Shown: one piece after another, positions 29,886-39,293 of the stretch
Numbering within the stretch: the first letter of the stretch is position 1
How the letters are laid out: every line of letters begins with the position of its first letter
NCBI GenBank assembly: GCA_963805625.1
Contig: CAWDVE010000013.1
Location: 480,001-544,000 of the forward strand
Reading direction: 5' to 3'
Length of the DNA: 64,000 nucleotides
Origin: an uncultured Candidatus Rokubacteria bacterium
GTDB taxonomy: Bacteria > Methylomirabilota > Methylomirabilia > Rokubacteriales > DASRDR01
Notes under the pieces: model-generated
What the model saw: the letters and a program-made list of their open reading frames with translations, nothing else
What the model was told of the DNA's origin: nothing
Databases searched by the model: none
Made by a program: the position numbers and the translations under genes

Positions 29886-29925
29886 GGCGCGAGGCGCGCC
29901 GGCCGTGTTGAAAGGAGCGAGCCCC

Positions 29926-30936
29926 GTGACCAAGGCCCGCGTCGTGCTGGTCCATCCTCCGTCGAAGATGTTCCCCTACGAGGTCTGGCCCCCCGCGTTC
30001 GATGGGCTCGACGTCGAGATCGTGGCGGTCGAGTGCCGGGCGCGGGAGGAGGCGCTCGAGGCGGTTCGAGGAGCGGACGTCGTCATGATCGGCGGCTTCC
30101 GGGTCGATGCCACGATGATCGGGGCGATGGATCGGGCTCGCGCGATCTGCGGGTTCGGCCACGGCTTCGAGGGGGTCGACGTCGACGCCGCCACCCGCGC
30201 GGGCATCCTGGTTACGAACGCGGCGCACATCTGCCACCTCGAGGTCGCCAACCACGCGGCGGCGCTGATCCTGGCGCTGAACCGGAAGCTCGTCCAGTAC
30301 GACCGCGCGATGCGGCAGGGCGTGTGGGACCGTCCCGCCGGCCGGCCGATCACACCGCTCGACGGCGAGACGGCCGGGCTCGTGGGCCTGGGCGCGATCG
30401 GCCAGGCGCTGGCGCGGCGCCTCCAGCCGTTCGGGCTTCGCGTGATCGCCTACGATCCCCACGTCGAGGAGCACGTGCCGCGGGAGCTCGGCGTGCGGAT
30501 GGCCGGTGACCTCCACGCCCTCCTCGGCGAGTCGGACTGGGTGTCGGTCCAGGTCCCCCTCAATTCCGAGACCCGCCACCTCCTGGGCGAGCGCGAGTTC
30601 CGGGCGATGAAGCGGACCGCGTACCTCGTCAACTGCTGCCGTGGAGGCGTCGTCGACGAGGCCGCCCTCACGCGCGCCCTCGAACAGGGCCGGATCGCCG
30701 GCGCCGGCCTGGACGTCTTCGAGCAGGAGCCCACCGATCCCGCCAACCCCCTGCTGCGTCTCGAGAACGTCGTCGCCACGCCCCACGCCGGCGGCGAGTC
30801 GACCGAGTCCGCCGCGCTGTCGGCCCGCGTGGCAAGCCGTCAGGCTGCCGCGGTCCTCCGCGGGGAGTGGCCGGACCGCGTCGTCAACCCCGCCGTCTAC
30901 GGACGCCTCTGCATGGCTGGCAGGCTCTCGCGATGA
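29926..30936 (+). CDS. D-isomer-specific 2-hydroxyacid dehydrogenase
   Basis: AAGGAG SD; GLGAIG, NCCRG, DVFEQEP, TPHAG. Confidence 0.92.
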   Translation: MTKARVVLVHPPSKMFPYEVWPPAFDGLDVEIVAVECRAREEALEAVRGADVVMIGGFRVDATMIGAMDRARAICGFGHGFEGVDVDAATRAGILVTNAAHICHLEVANHAAALILALNRKLVQYDRAMRQGVWDRPAGRPITPLDGETAGLVGLGAIGQALARRLQPFGLRVIAYDPHVEEHVPRELGVRMAGDLHALLGESDWVSVQVPLNSETRHLLGEREFRAMKRTAYLVNCCRGGVVDEAALTRALEQGRIAGAGLDVFEQEPTDPANPLLRLENVVATPHAGGESTESAALSARVASRQAAAVLRGEWPDRVVNPAVYGRLCMAGRLSR

Positions 30937-31024
30937 GCGCCCAGCCAGGTCTCGAGCGGCACCCCCCCGCCCCCGGGTCGGTGGGGCGGGGTCGGGGGTG
31001 GGGGTGGGGGTGGGGGGCGTTCCG

Positions 31025-31942
31025 ATGACCGGCCGCGCGACGGAGCCGACGACCTGGTACCTCTTCTCGGTCAACGCCGATACGCCGCCGACCATGACGA
31101 TCGCCTCGGGCGAGGAGGTGACGCTCGTCGTCCGCGGCGCGTTCGCCGACGTCCGGGACATCCGCGACGTGCCCACGCCCTTCACCCCGGCGTGCGACGG
31201 CCACCCCCTCGCGCCCATCGCGGGACCGGTGCACGTCCGCGGCGCCGAGCCCGGGGACGCGGTGGCGATCGATCTCCTCGAGATCACGCCCCACGGGGAC
31301 GGCATCACGGCGATCCTGCGCGACTTCGGCGTGCTCCGGAAGGAGTACGGCGAGCCGAAGGCCCTCGCCTGCCCGGTCCGCGACGGTCACGCGTGGTTCG
31401 GCGGCCGCATCCCGATCCGGCTCAATCCGAACCTGGGCACCGTGTCCACGATGCCGCCCGAGGGGTACAAGCCTTCCTACGCGGGGCCGTACGGCGGCGA
31501 CTTTGACCAGAAGGACGTCAAGGCCGGGAGCCGAGTCCATCTCCCGGTCATGGTGCCGGGCGCCCTCGTGTTCTTCGCCGACCCGCACGCGGCGATCAGC
31601 GACGGCATCGTCACGGGCACCGGCGTCGAGTGCACGTCGACCGTGCGGGCGCGCATCACCCTCCACAAGCGGCGAACGGTGGCGCGCCCGATCATCGAGG
31701 TGGACGGCACCGTCCAGGTGCTCGGCTTCGGCCCGACGGTGGAGGAGGCGACCGAGGATGCGACGCGGGCGGCCATCGACGTGGTCGCCCACGGCGCGCG
31801 CATGGATCCGGAGGAGGCCTACATGCTCCTCTCGATCATCGGTGAGCTCCGCATCGGGACGTCGCCCCGGCCCGTCATGGCCGCGCGGCTCATCATTCCC
31901 CTCGAGACGCTCACCGCGGCGGGCTGGACGTCGCCCTGGTGA
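31025..31942 (+). CDS. acetamidase/formamidase family protein (paralog of 2052-2945)
   Basis: PIAGPVHVRGA, GGDFDQK, DPHAAISDG, AYMLLS, GTSPRP. Confidence 0.85.
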   Translation: MTGRATEPTTWYLFSVNADTPPTMTIASGEEVTLVVRGAFADVRDIRDVPTPFTPACDGHPLAPIAGPVHVRGAEPGDAVAIDLLEITPHGDGITAILRDFGVLRKEYGEPKALACPVRDGHAWFGGRIPIRLNPNLGTVSTMPPEGYKPSYAGPYGGDFDQKDVKAGSRVHLPVMVPGALVFFADPHAAISDGIVTGTGVECTSTVRARITLHKRRTVARPIIEVDGTVQVLGFGPTVEEATEDATRAAIDVVAHGARMDPEEAYMLLSIIGELRIGTSPRPVMAARLIIPLETLTAAGWTSPW

Positions 31943-33243
31943 GCCTGCTGGTCATCCGGGACGTCCGCGTCTTCGACGGGGTATCGGAGCGCGCCATCGA
32001 GCGCGCGTCCGTGGTCGTCGAAGGCGCGCGGATTCGCGAGGTCGTCGTCGGCACGGCCGCGCTGCCCCGCGACGCCCGGGTGCTCGACGGTCGCGGGGGC
32101 ACGCTTCTCCCGGGCTTCGTGGACATGCATTCCCATCTCGTCTCGGAGCTCGGGGCGCGCCTCTACCTCGCGAACGGCGTCACGACCGTCCGCTTCGCCG
32201 GGAACGACCCCGACGCGGTCCTCGCGCTCCGGGACGCGGTCGAGACCGCGCGCATCCCGGGGCCGCGAATCTTCTCGCTCGGCCCGCTCCTCGACGGGAT
32301 CTCCCCCGACTATCCCGCGATGTCCTGGCCTCTCTACTCCGCCGTGGAGGCACGCCTCGCCGTCCAGCGCCTCAAGAGGGACTACCGGGTCGACGGGATC
32401 ATCCTGACGCAGAAGCCGGCCCTCGAAGTCGCCCGCGCCGCCGTCGACGAGGCACACCGGCTTGGGATCGGGGTGACGGGACAGACCTGGAGCCTGACCG
32501 GGCGCGAGGCGATCGCCCTGGGCTACGACGGCCTCGAGAACACATCGCGGCTCCCGGAGGCCCCGCGCGCCCTGCCCGAGGTCGCGCTCCTCCGGTACCG
32601 GACCATTCCCGAGCGGTCGGCCATGCTGGCGCTCCTCTGGGCTCGCGCCGAGGGGAGCCGCCTGGAGCGCCTCGGTCACCAGATGGTCAAGAACGAGACC
32701 TATCTGGTACCGACGCTCGCCGGGATGGACGCAATCCTGGGACGGTACACCGCCCGCATCCGTCGGGACGGCGACACGCGCCGGCTCCCCGCCGGAGCCC
32801 GGCGGGACCTCGGCAGCTGGCTCGGCCAGCGATTCTTCGGCGCCGCATGGACGTCGCGCGACTTCGCGAACTGGACGCGTGGCCTCGCTCGCTACCAACG
32901 CTTCATCCGGGACTACGCGCGGCTGGGCGGGCGTGTCCTCGTCGGAACGGACGCCCTCAAGCCCTGCGGCGGGTTCCTCTTTCACGAGGAGCTCCACCGG
33001 CTCCGAGCGTGCGGGCTGTCGAGCGCCGCCGTGCTGCGGGCCGCGACCGCGGCCGCCGCGGACACGCTCGGCCGACCCGACCTCGGCCGCATCGCGCCGG
33101 GCGCCCAGGCCGACCTCGTCCTCGTCGCCGGCAACCCTCTCCACCGTCTCGCCGACGCCCGGGCCGTCCGGGCCGTCGTCGTGCGCGGGCGGCTCCTCGA
33201 GCCCGACACCCTGCTCCCCCATCCTCGAACCCGAACCTCGTGA
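31939..33243 (+). CDS. amidohydrolase superfamily protein with degenerate beta-metal site
   Basis: LLPGFVDMHSH, GVTTVR, VGTDA, GRIAPGAQADLVLV. Confidence 0.85.
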   Translation: MSLLVIRDVRVFDGVSERAIERASVVVEGARIREVVVGTAALPRDARVLDGRGGTLLPGFVDMHSHLVSELGARLYLANGVTTVRFAGNDPDAVLALRDAVETARIPGPRIFSLGPLLDGISPDYPAMSWPLYSAVEARLAVQRLKRDYRVDGIILTQKPALEVARAAVDEAHRLGIGVTGQTWSLTGREAIALGYDGLENTSRLPEAPRALPEVALLRYRTIPERSAMLALLWARAEGSRLERLGHQMVKNETYLVPTLAGMDAILGRYTARIRRDGDTRRLPAGARRDLGSWLGQRFFGAAWTSRDFANWTRGLARYQRFIRDYARLGGRVLVGTDALKPCGGFLFHEELHRLRACGLSSAAVLRAATAAAADTLGRPDLGRIAPGAQADLVLVAGNPLHRLADARAVRAVVVRGRLLEPDTLLPHPRTRTS

Positions 33244-33253
33244 GGAGGCTCAC

Positions 33254-34390
33254 ATGACCATGCTGCGTATCCTCGGAGTCCTGTTGCTCGTGGGGGCGGC
33301 CACGCTCCCGGCGAGTCCGGCCGCCGCCCAGGACGTCGTCATCGGCGTCGCTGCACCCATGACCGGAAACCTGGCCCAGATCGGCAAGCAGTTCGCGGAG
33401 GGCGCCCAGCTTGCCGCGGATGAGGTCAACGCCCGAGGCGGGATCAAGGGCAAGAAGGTCGTCATCCGGGTGGAGGACGACAAGGGCGACCCGAAGGAGG
33501 CGGCCACCGTCGCCCAGAAGTTCGCCTCGGACGACGCGATCCTCGCGGTCCTGGGCCACTACTCGTCCTCGGCCTGTTTCGCGGCAATCCCCATCTACAC
33601 GAAGGCGCGCCTCGCCACGATCACGCCCTCGGCGTCGCACACGGACCTCACCAAGCAGGGCGGCAAGTACATGTTCCGCATGTGGTCGCCGATCTCCGTG
33701 TACGTCCCCGACCTCGCCCAGTACACGGTCAAGAAGCTCGGCAAGAAGAACATCGGCGTGGTCTACGTCCAGAACGACTGGGGCATCCAGACGAAGGACT
33801 ACTTCGTGAAGGAGCTCGAGAAGCTCGGCGCGAGGGTCGCCGCCCTCGAGGTGGTGTACGACAAGGACACGGACTTCAAGGCCCAGCTGACGAAGGTCAA
33901 GGCGGCCAACCCCGATGCCCTCGCCATCCTGACCTACTACACCACTGGCGCCCTCGTGACGCTTCAGGCGCGGAACCTCGGCATCACGGCGCCGCTGGTC
34001 GGCACCGGCACCCTCTACGAGGACAAGTTCATCGAGCTCGCCGGCAAGGGCAACGCGGAGGGGCTCGCGGTGAACACCGAGTTCAACGCCGACGACCCGG
34101 CGCCGGTCGTCAAGAACTTCGTCGCCATGTACCAGAAGCTCCACCCGAACGAGAAGCCCGAGCCCTACCACGCGACCACGTACGACGCCGCACGGATCAT
34201 GCTCGGCGCGATCGACAAGGCCGGGACCGACCGTGACGCCATCCGCGATGCCATCGCCGCGACCAAGACGTTTGCCGGCGTCACCGGTACGTTCTCGTTC
34301 AACGACCAGCGGGAGCGTGAGGCGAAGGACCAGGTCTACCTCTTGGTGAAGGACGGCAAGTGGACCTTCATCGGGCGGCAGACGTACTGA
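33254..34390 (+). CDS. branched-chain amino acid-type ABC SBP, no permeases adjacent
   Basis: GAGGAGG SD; signal peptide; EDDKGDPKEA, GHYSS, QNDWG. Confidence 0.9.
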   Translation: MTMLRILGVLLLVGAATLPASPAAAQDVVIGVAAPMTGNLAQIGKQFAEGAQLAADEVNARGGIKGKKVVIRVEDDKGDPKEAATVAQKFASDDAILAVLGHYSSSACFAAIPIYTKARLATITPSASHTDLTKQGGKYMFRMWSPISVYVPDLAQYTVKKLGKKNIGVVYVQNDWGIQTKDYFVKELEKLGARVAALEVVYDKDTDFKAQLTKVKAANPDALAILTYYTTGALVTLQARNLGITAPLVGTGTLYEDKFIELAGKGNAEGLAVNTEFNADDPAPVVKNFVAMYQKLHPNEKPEPYHATTYDAARIMLGAIDKAGTDRDAIRDAIAATKTFAGVTGTFSFNDQREREAKDQVYLLVKDGKWTFIGRQTY

Positions 34391-34411
34391 GCCGCTGAGC
34401 TCACGCACCCC

Positions 34412-34457
34412 GACCGCCGGCCGGACTCGTGCCCCTCGACGGGTCCGGCCGGCGGTC
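34412..34457 (+). terminator. stem-loop ending the ligase-SBP operon
   Basis: GACCGCCGGCCGGAC...GTCCGGCCGGCGGTC inverted repeat. Confidence 0.65.
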
Positions 34458-34466
34458 AGCGCTCCC

Positions 34467-35036
34467 GTGCCCGACAAACCCCCTCCGCCGCCGCGCCGGT
34501 TCGGCTACTACGAGCGCCTGACCCGCGCCCAGCAGCGCATCTACCGGGACAGCGACGCGGTCACGAGCCTGCGTCTTCCCGGCGCGGCCGAGCTTCACCC
34601 TCGCGTGGCGGCGCTCGACGCGTCCCTCATCTCCGAGGACCGCCTCGCCGTCCAGGTGGCGTCCCAGATGCTCTTCACCGCGCTCACCCAGGCGTTCGGC
34701 ATCGGGCCCTGCCGTCTGGAGGTGCTGGCCGCCCGCCCACACGGTCGCTGGGGTGAGCTCCAGGGCCTCTACATCGAGGACCGCCGTTTGCCTCGCGTCC
34801 AGCTCTGGATGCGCACGGCGCGTCAGCGGCGAGTCGTGGCGTTCCGGACGTACCTCAGGACTCTCCTCCACGAGCTCGGCCACCACGTCGACTACCGGTA
34901 TCTCAAGCTCGCCGATTCCTTCCACACGCAGGGCTTCTACCAGCGCGAGTCGAGCCTCTTCCACCAGCTGGTGCCGGACGCCCGCGAGGAGATCCCGACC
35001 CAGGACCCGGCCCCGACCGACGACACCGAACGCTAG
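34467..35036 (+). CDS. small HExxH zincin-like (SprT-like) protein
   Basis: TLLHELGHHVDY with downstream SFHTQGF. Confidence 0.7.
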   Translation: MPDKPPPPPRRFGYYERLTRAQQRIYRDSDAVTSLRLPGAAELHPRVAALDASLISEDRLAVQVASQMLFTALTQAFGIGPCRLEVLAARPHGRWGELQGLYIEDRRLPRVQLWMRTARQRRVVAFRTYLRTLLHELGHHVDYRYLKLADSFHTQGFYQRESSLFHQLVPDAREEIPTQDPAPTDDTER

Positions 35037-35113
35037 GATCCGGCGGCCGCCCAGAAACCGCAACAGAAGTGTAATATTCCGGTGCCGGGGAGATCCGGCG
35101 AGTCGAATCCTCC

Positions 35114-35281
35114 GTGAGCGAGCCGAAGATCCGCGTCTCCGCCTGCCTGCCGGCGGCAAGACGACGCTCCGGATGGTGGCGGGGTTCGAGACGCCGGACG
35201 ACGGGAGCGCGATCGTCGACGGCCAGGACCTGCTGGCGCTTCCGGCTCACCGTCGTGGTATGGGCGTCGTCTTTCAGAGCT
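35114..35281 (+). pseudogene. remnant of a PotA/MalK-type ABC ATPase
   Basis: VSEPKIRVS, then out-of-frame GKTTLRMVAGFETPDDG...LPAHRRGMGVVFQS; the rest is missing. Confidence 0.75.
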
Positions 35282-35366
35282 CCCGTCGCAGCCTGCCGCC
35301 TGCTCCCGGCGACGGAGTCCGGCGGCACGGAAGCTCCCGTATGACCGAAACCGACTGGAGATCGGC

Positions 35367-36125
35367 ATGGAACTGACAATCCTCGGAGCCGGCACTGCCG
35401 TACCCTCACCGGGCCGGAGCCCGGCGGGTTACCTCCTGCGCGTCGGCGGGATCCCGCTCCTGTTCGACCTGGGGCCGGGCACCCTCGCCCGTCTCGCGAC
35501 GGCCGGCGTGAGTCACCGGGAGCTCCGCCGGGTGTTCATCTCGCACCTGCACTCCGACCATGTGCTCGATCTCGTGACCCTGCTGCAAGCGAGCAACGCG
35601 ACGCCCGGCTGGAGGCGGGAGGATCCGCTCGAACTCTACGGCTGCCGCGGGCTCGCCACGCTCGTCAGCCAGGTGATGGCGGCGTTCGACGGGACGACCC
35701 CGGAGGGCTTTCCGCTCCGCATCATCGAGCTCGGCGAGGAACGCCACGACCTCGGGGGCTTCACGGTCGAGACCGCCCTCACCGCCCACACCGAGACCAG
35801 CCTGGCCTTCCGCATCGAAGCCGACGGTCAAACGGTCGTCTATTCGGGTGACGCGATCGAAACCCCGGCGCTCGCGCGACTCGCGCAGGAGGCCGACGCC
35901 TTCGTCTGCGAATGCTCCTTCCCGCGCGGCTGGCGGACGGCCAACCATGTCACCGCCGATGGCGCGGGCCGCCTGGCCCAGTCGGCCGGCGCCCGACGGC
36001 TGGTGCTCTCGCACCTCTACCCGCCCGCGCAGGAGGCGGACGTCGCCGGGCAAGCGCGAGCCGAGTACGAGGGGGAAGTGATCGTGGCAGTCGACGGCAC
36101 CGCGGTGGACTTGAGGCCGCGATGA
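35367..36125 (+). CDS. MBL-fold hydrolase (RNase Z/BN-like)
   Basis: ILGAG, DLGPG, SHLHSDH, YSGD, LSHLYP. Confidence 0.9.
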   Translation: MELTILGAGTAVPSPGRSPAGYLLRVGGIPLLFDLGPGTLARLATAGVSHRELRRVFISHLHSDHVLDLVTLLQASNATPGWRREDPLELYGCRGLATLVSQVMAAFDGTTPEGFPLRIIELGEERHDLGGFTVETALTAHTETSLAFRIEADGQTVVYSGDAIETPALARLAQEADAFVCECSFPRGWRTANHVTADGAGRLAQSAGARRLVLSHLYPPAQEADVAGQARAEYEGEVIVAVDGTAVDLRPR

Positions 36126-36280
36126 CGGCAGCGCAGCCAGGGCGCGGCCAGCCGGCCGGTGGCTCACGACGGGTCTGGCGCTGGCGCCATTCTTCCGGTT
36201 CGGGCTGGCCTTCGAGGTGGCGTCCTCCTCCGCTCGAGCCTGCTCGTCGCGAGCGCTCCGGTCGCTGAGCCTCGGTGAGC

Positions 36281-36471
36281 GGCGCCGTGCTGTTCTCGGA
36301 CGCGATCTTCGACTCGGTCTACAGCTCGCTCAGCCGGGCCTTCGTCCACACCTCGACCTACAGTTGAGAACGGGCTCGCCATGCGGGCGGGGTTGGCCAC
36401 CCTCGACGTGCTCGAGGACGAGAAGCTCGGTGCTCGCGCGACCGACCTTGGCGAATACCTGCGACGGAGCT
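36281..36471 (+). pseudogene. internal fragment of a class III PLP aminotransferase
   Basis: GAVLFSDAIFDSVYSSLSRAFVHTSTYS/ENGLAMRAGLATLDVLEDEKLG with a +1 indel. Confidence 0.7.
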
Positions 36472-36711
36472 CTACGGGAACACGCAGCGAAAGAATGGAG
36501 CGGTGACCGTGGAATCTCCCGTCATGCGGTAGTACGCGGTCACGTAGCCGAACCGGTCTACCTCGTAGTTCGTGACCTCCGGGTGGGCCCGCATGCACTC
36601 CTGGGCCCTCGTCTGCAGCTCGCTTTGGCGCTCTGCGCTCACTGTCGCCGATGTCGCGCAGGCGTTCAGAAAGAACGGGAGCAAGGTCAACGCCAGGAGT
36701 GTGGGCTTCAC
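36472..36711 (-). CDS. small lipoprotein (79 aa)
   Basis: AAGGAG SD, GTG start; MKPTLLALTLLPFFLNA-C lipobox; two more Cys. Confidence 0.75.
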   Translation of the reverse strand: MKPTLLALTLLPFFLNACATSATVSAERQSELQTRAQECMRAHPEVTNYEVDRFGYVTAYYRMTGDSTVTAPFFRCVFP

Positions 36712-36771
36712 GAGTGGTCTCCTTTCCCCGAGGTGATCGATCGAGGGGGATGACACCGCCAGGTGCAGTCA

Positions 36772-36906
36772 TCACCGAGCCTCGGCAAAGCCGTCGCGAC
36801 CCTGTCGCTCTCGGGTTCGCGACTCCGCCCGCGCCGCGCACCCGATCTGCGCCAGGAACAGGGATGTAAGGAGGTATGCCCCGCATCGTCCTCGCGATCT
36901 GTTCAT
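36772..36906 (-). CDS. 44-aa lipoprotein-like small ORF (not in the ORF track)
   Basis: MNRSRGRCGAYLLTSLFLAQIG-CAARAESRTRERQGRDGFAEAR; first ORF downstream of a sigma54 promoter; imperfect lipobox. Confidence 0.4.
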   Translation of the reverse strand: MNRSRGRCGAYLLTSLFLAQIGCAARAESRTRERQGRDGFAEAR

Positions 36907-36969
36907 CCGCCTGCCCCCCAATCGGTCGCCGCTCTCACGGGTCCGCCCCGCTCGTGCACCGTAAGGAGC

Positions 36970-37098
36970 GCAAGCAGGGTGCCAGCTGCGTCGGCGCGAG
37001 GACTGATCGTGAAATCAGCGACTTGGGCGTGTCGACACTCCATGACGAGCCGGCGGCGCAGGCCCTCAGCCGGGGCCTGGGTGGGGGAAAATTCGGCA
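36970..37098 (-). promoter_or_regulatory. sigma54 promoter with IHF site and candidate enhancer
   Basis: TGGCAC-CCTGC-TTGC (36984-36970); AATCAGCGACTTG fits IHF WATCARNNNNTTR (37013-37025); GGGGAAAATTCGGCA (37084-37098). Confidence 0.7.
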
Positions 37099-37234
37099 AG
37101 CCGTTCCGGCCGAGACGCTTCACGTCGGTCGGGCGGGGCGTACGGAAGCGGGCGCGCGGCCCGAGAGCGCCGCTCAGCCCCGTGAAAGGGAGCGGACCGG
37201 TCCGGTGCCTGGCGGTCAGCCGGAAGCGGGGACC

Positions 37235-38905
37235 TTACATCAGGAAGTAGCGGCGGTTCATCGGCAGGTCGTCGTCGGGGATCGGCGGGAGCGGCTGGCC
37301 GTCGATCTGGATCTCCGCCGAGCCGGGGTCGATCTCGATCCGTGGATTCGCCTGGTTGTAGAGCATGTGGCGCTTGGCCACCTGCCGGGTTCCCGCCACC
37401 GGAATCGCCCGCCGCCGGGTCCCGAGCCGCCGGCGAAAGCCGCCGGCCGCCGCCGCGGCGGAGACGAAGTCGATGCTGAGGCTCGCGGCCGCCAGCCCGC
37501 TGCCCCCCCAGTGCGGCGCGTAAATCTGGGGCTCGGTCTGCGCGACGGACGCGTTGCCCTCGCCGAGGGCGCCCCAGGCGGGGTAGCCGCCCTTGATCAC
37601 CAGCTCCGGCTTGACCCCGAAGAACTCGGGGCGCCAGAGGACGATGTCGGCGCTCTTCCCCGGCTCGAGCGACCCCACCCACCGGTCGACGCCGTGGGCG
37701 CGCGCGGGGTTGATCGTGTACTTCGCCAGGTACTGGAGGATCCGCGGGTTGTCGTGCAGCGGGCGCTCGGCGCGCATGCGCTTCATCTGGTGCGCGAGCT
37801 GCCAGGTCCGGCGGATCACTTCCCCGATCCGCCCCATCCCCTGGGAGTCCGAGTTGATGATGCTGATCGCCCCCAGCTCGTGGAGCACGCTCTCCGCCCG
37901 CATCGTGGAGTCGCGGACGCGGTCGGCGATCATCGCGCGGTCGCTGGGCACCCGCGGGTTCATGCCGTGGACCGACCACATCATGGCGTGATGCTCCGCC
38001 ACCACGTTCCGGCCATACGGGATCGTCGGGGTCGTCGACGAGCCGATGACGTGGCCGATCCCCGCGATCGCCAGGATGTCCGGCGAGTGGCCGCCGCCGA
38101 TGCCCTCCACGTGGTACGCGTGGATGCTGCGCCCGGCAATGGCGGCGACCGTCTCACCGAGCTCGCACGACTCGTTGATGCCGTCGGTATGCATCGCGAT
38201 CTGGACGTCGTACACGTCGGCGACGGTGAGCGCCTCGTCGACGATGCTCGGGTACCCCGCGTAGTCCTCGTGGACCTTGAGCCCACAGGCGCCCGACTCG
38301 ATCTGGCGCTCGAGCGGGGCCGCGGTGTAGCTGGCCGCCCGCCCCAGCACGCCCAGGTTCACGGGAAAGCCCTCGAAGGCGAGGAACATGTGGTCCAGGT
38401 TGAACGCGGGGTTGTCGTTGAGGCCGCCGGTGATCAGCGTCGTCATCCCGGCAGCCAGCGCCGACGGGATGAGGCGCGGCTGGACCAGGTGGACGTGCGT
38501 GTCGATGCCGCCGGGCGTCGCGATGAAACCCTGCCCGTAGACCGGCGCGGTGTTGGAGCCGATGAGGAGATCGGGGTTGTCGACCACGTCCGGGTTGCCG
38601 GCCCGGCCCACACCGACGATCACCCCGTCCTTCACGCCGATGTTCGCCTTGAACACGCCGAGCACGGGATCCAGCACGATCACGTTCGTGACGATCAGGT
38701 CGAGCTCGCTCGCGGCCGGCAGCTCGGCGCTCATCATGATGCCGGTGCGCAGGGTCTTCGCCCAGCCGCGCAGCACCTCGTCCCCGTAGCTCGACTCGTC
38801 CCGCTCGATCCGCGCCAGGAGGTCCGTGTCCCCGAGACGCACCCGGTCACCAGTCGTGGGGCCGTAGCGCGCCGAGTACTCGGGGCGGCTCAGCTCACCG
38901 GCCAT
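37235..38905 (-). CDS. ureC: urease alpha subunit-like protein (divergent)
   Basis: YGPTTGDRVRLGDTDL, DTHVH, LKVHED, MHTD, YHVEG.GGGH, SDSQGMGR, KYTINPA. Confidence 0.9.
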   Translation of the reverse strand: MAGELSRPEYSARYGPTTGDRVRLGDTDLLARIERDESSYGDEVLRGWAKTLRTGIMMSAELPAASELDLIVTNVIVLDPVLGVFKANIGVKDGVIVGVGRAGNPDVVDNPDLLIGSNTAPVYGQGFIATPGGIDTHVHLVQPRLIPSALAAGMTTLITGGLNDNPAFNLDHMFLAFEGFPVNLGVLGRAASYTAAPLERQIESGACGLKVHEDYAGYPSIVDEALTVADVYDVQIAMHTDGINESCELGETVAAIAGRSIHAYHVEGIGGGHSPDILAIAGIGHVIGSSTTPTIPYGRNVVAEHHAMMWSVHGMNPRVPSDRAMIADRVRDSTMRAESVLHELGAISIINSDSQGMGRIGEVIRRTWQLAHQMKRMRAERPLHDNPRILQYLAKYTINPARAHGVDRWVGSLEPGKSADIVLWRPEFFGVKPELVIKGGYPAWGALGEGNASVAQTEPQIYAPHWGGSGLAAASLSIDFVSAAAAAGGFRRRLGTRRRAIPVAGTRQVAKRHMLYNQANPRIEIDPGSAEIQIDGQPLPPIPDDDLPMNRRYFLM

Positions 38906-39293
38906 GAGGCCTCTCCGGCGTGCCGGCCTCCCGGTGGCCGTAGCCGCCCTCGCGCACGCGCGCCAGGCCCTCGGCGAGCCGATCGGGCGTGGCGGCGCCC
39001 TCGGTCAGCCGGTTGAAGCCGCGCACCGCCCGCTGGCCGCCGTACGCCACGAGCCGCACTGTCCGCGTCTCGCCGGGACGCCAGCGCACCGAATCGCCCG
39101 CGGGCACGTCGAGGTGCATGCCCCAGGCCCGGCGCCGGTCGAACACGAGGCGGCGGTTGATCTCGAAGAACGGAAAGTGCGAGCTGATGAAGATCGTGTG
39201 ATCCGAGGTGTTCGTCACCGTCACCTCGGCCGTGGGCCGGCCCGCGTTCAGCGGAATCGCGCCCTCGGCGAACAGGATCTCGCCCGGCTTCAT
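38895..39293 (-). CDS. ureB: urease beta subunit-like protein
   Basis: MKPGEI, VTNTSD, SHFPFFEIN, LDVPAGDSVRW. Confidence 0.9.
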   Translation of the reverse strand: MKPGEILFAEGAIPLNAGRPTAEVTVTNTSDHTIFISSHFPFFEINRRLVFDRRRAWGMHLDVPAGDSVRWRPGETRTVRLVAYGGQRAVRGFNRLTEGAATPDRLAEGLARVREGGYGHREAGTPERPHGR

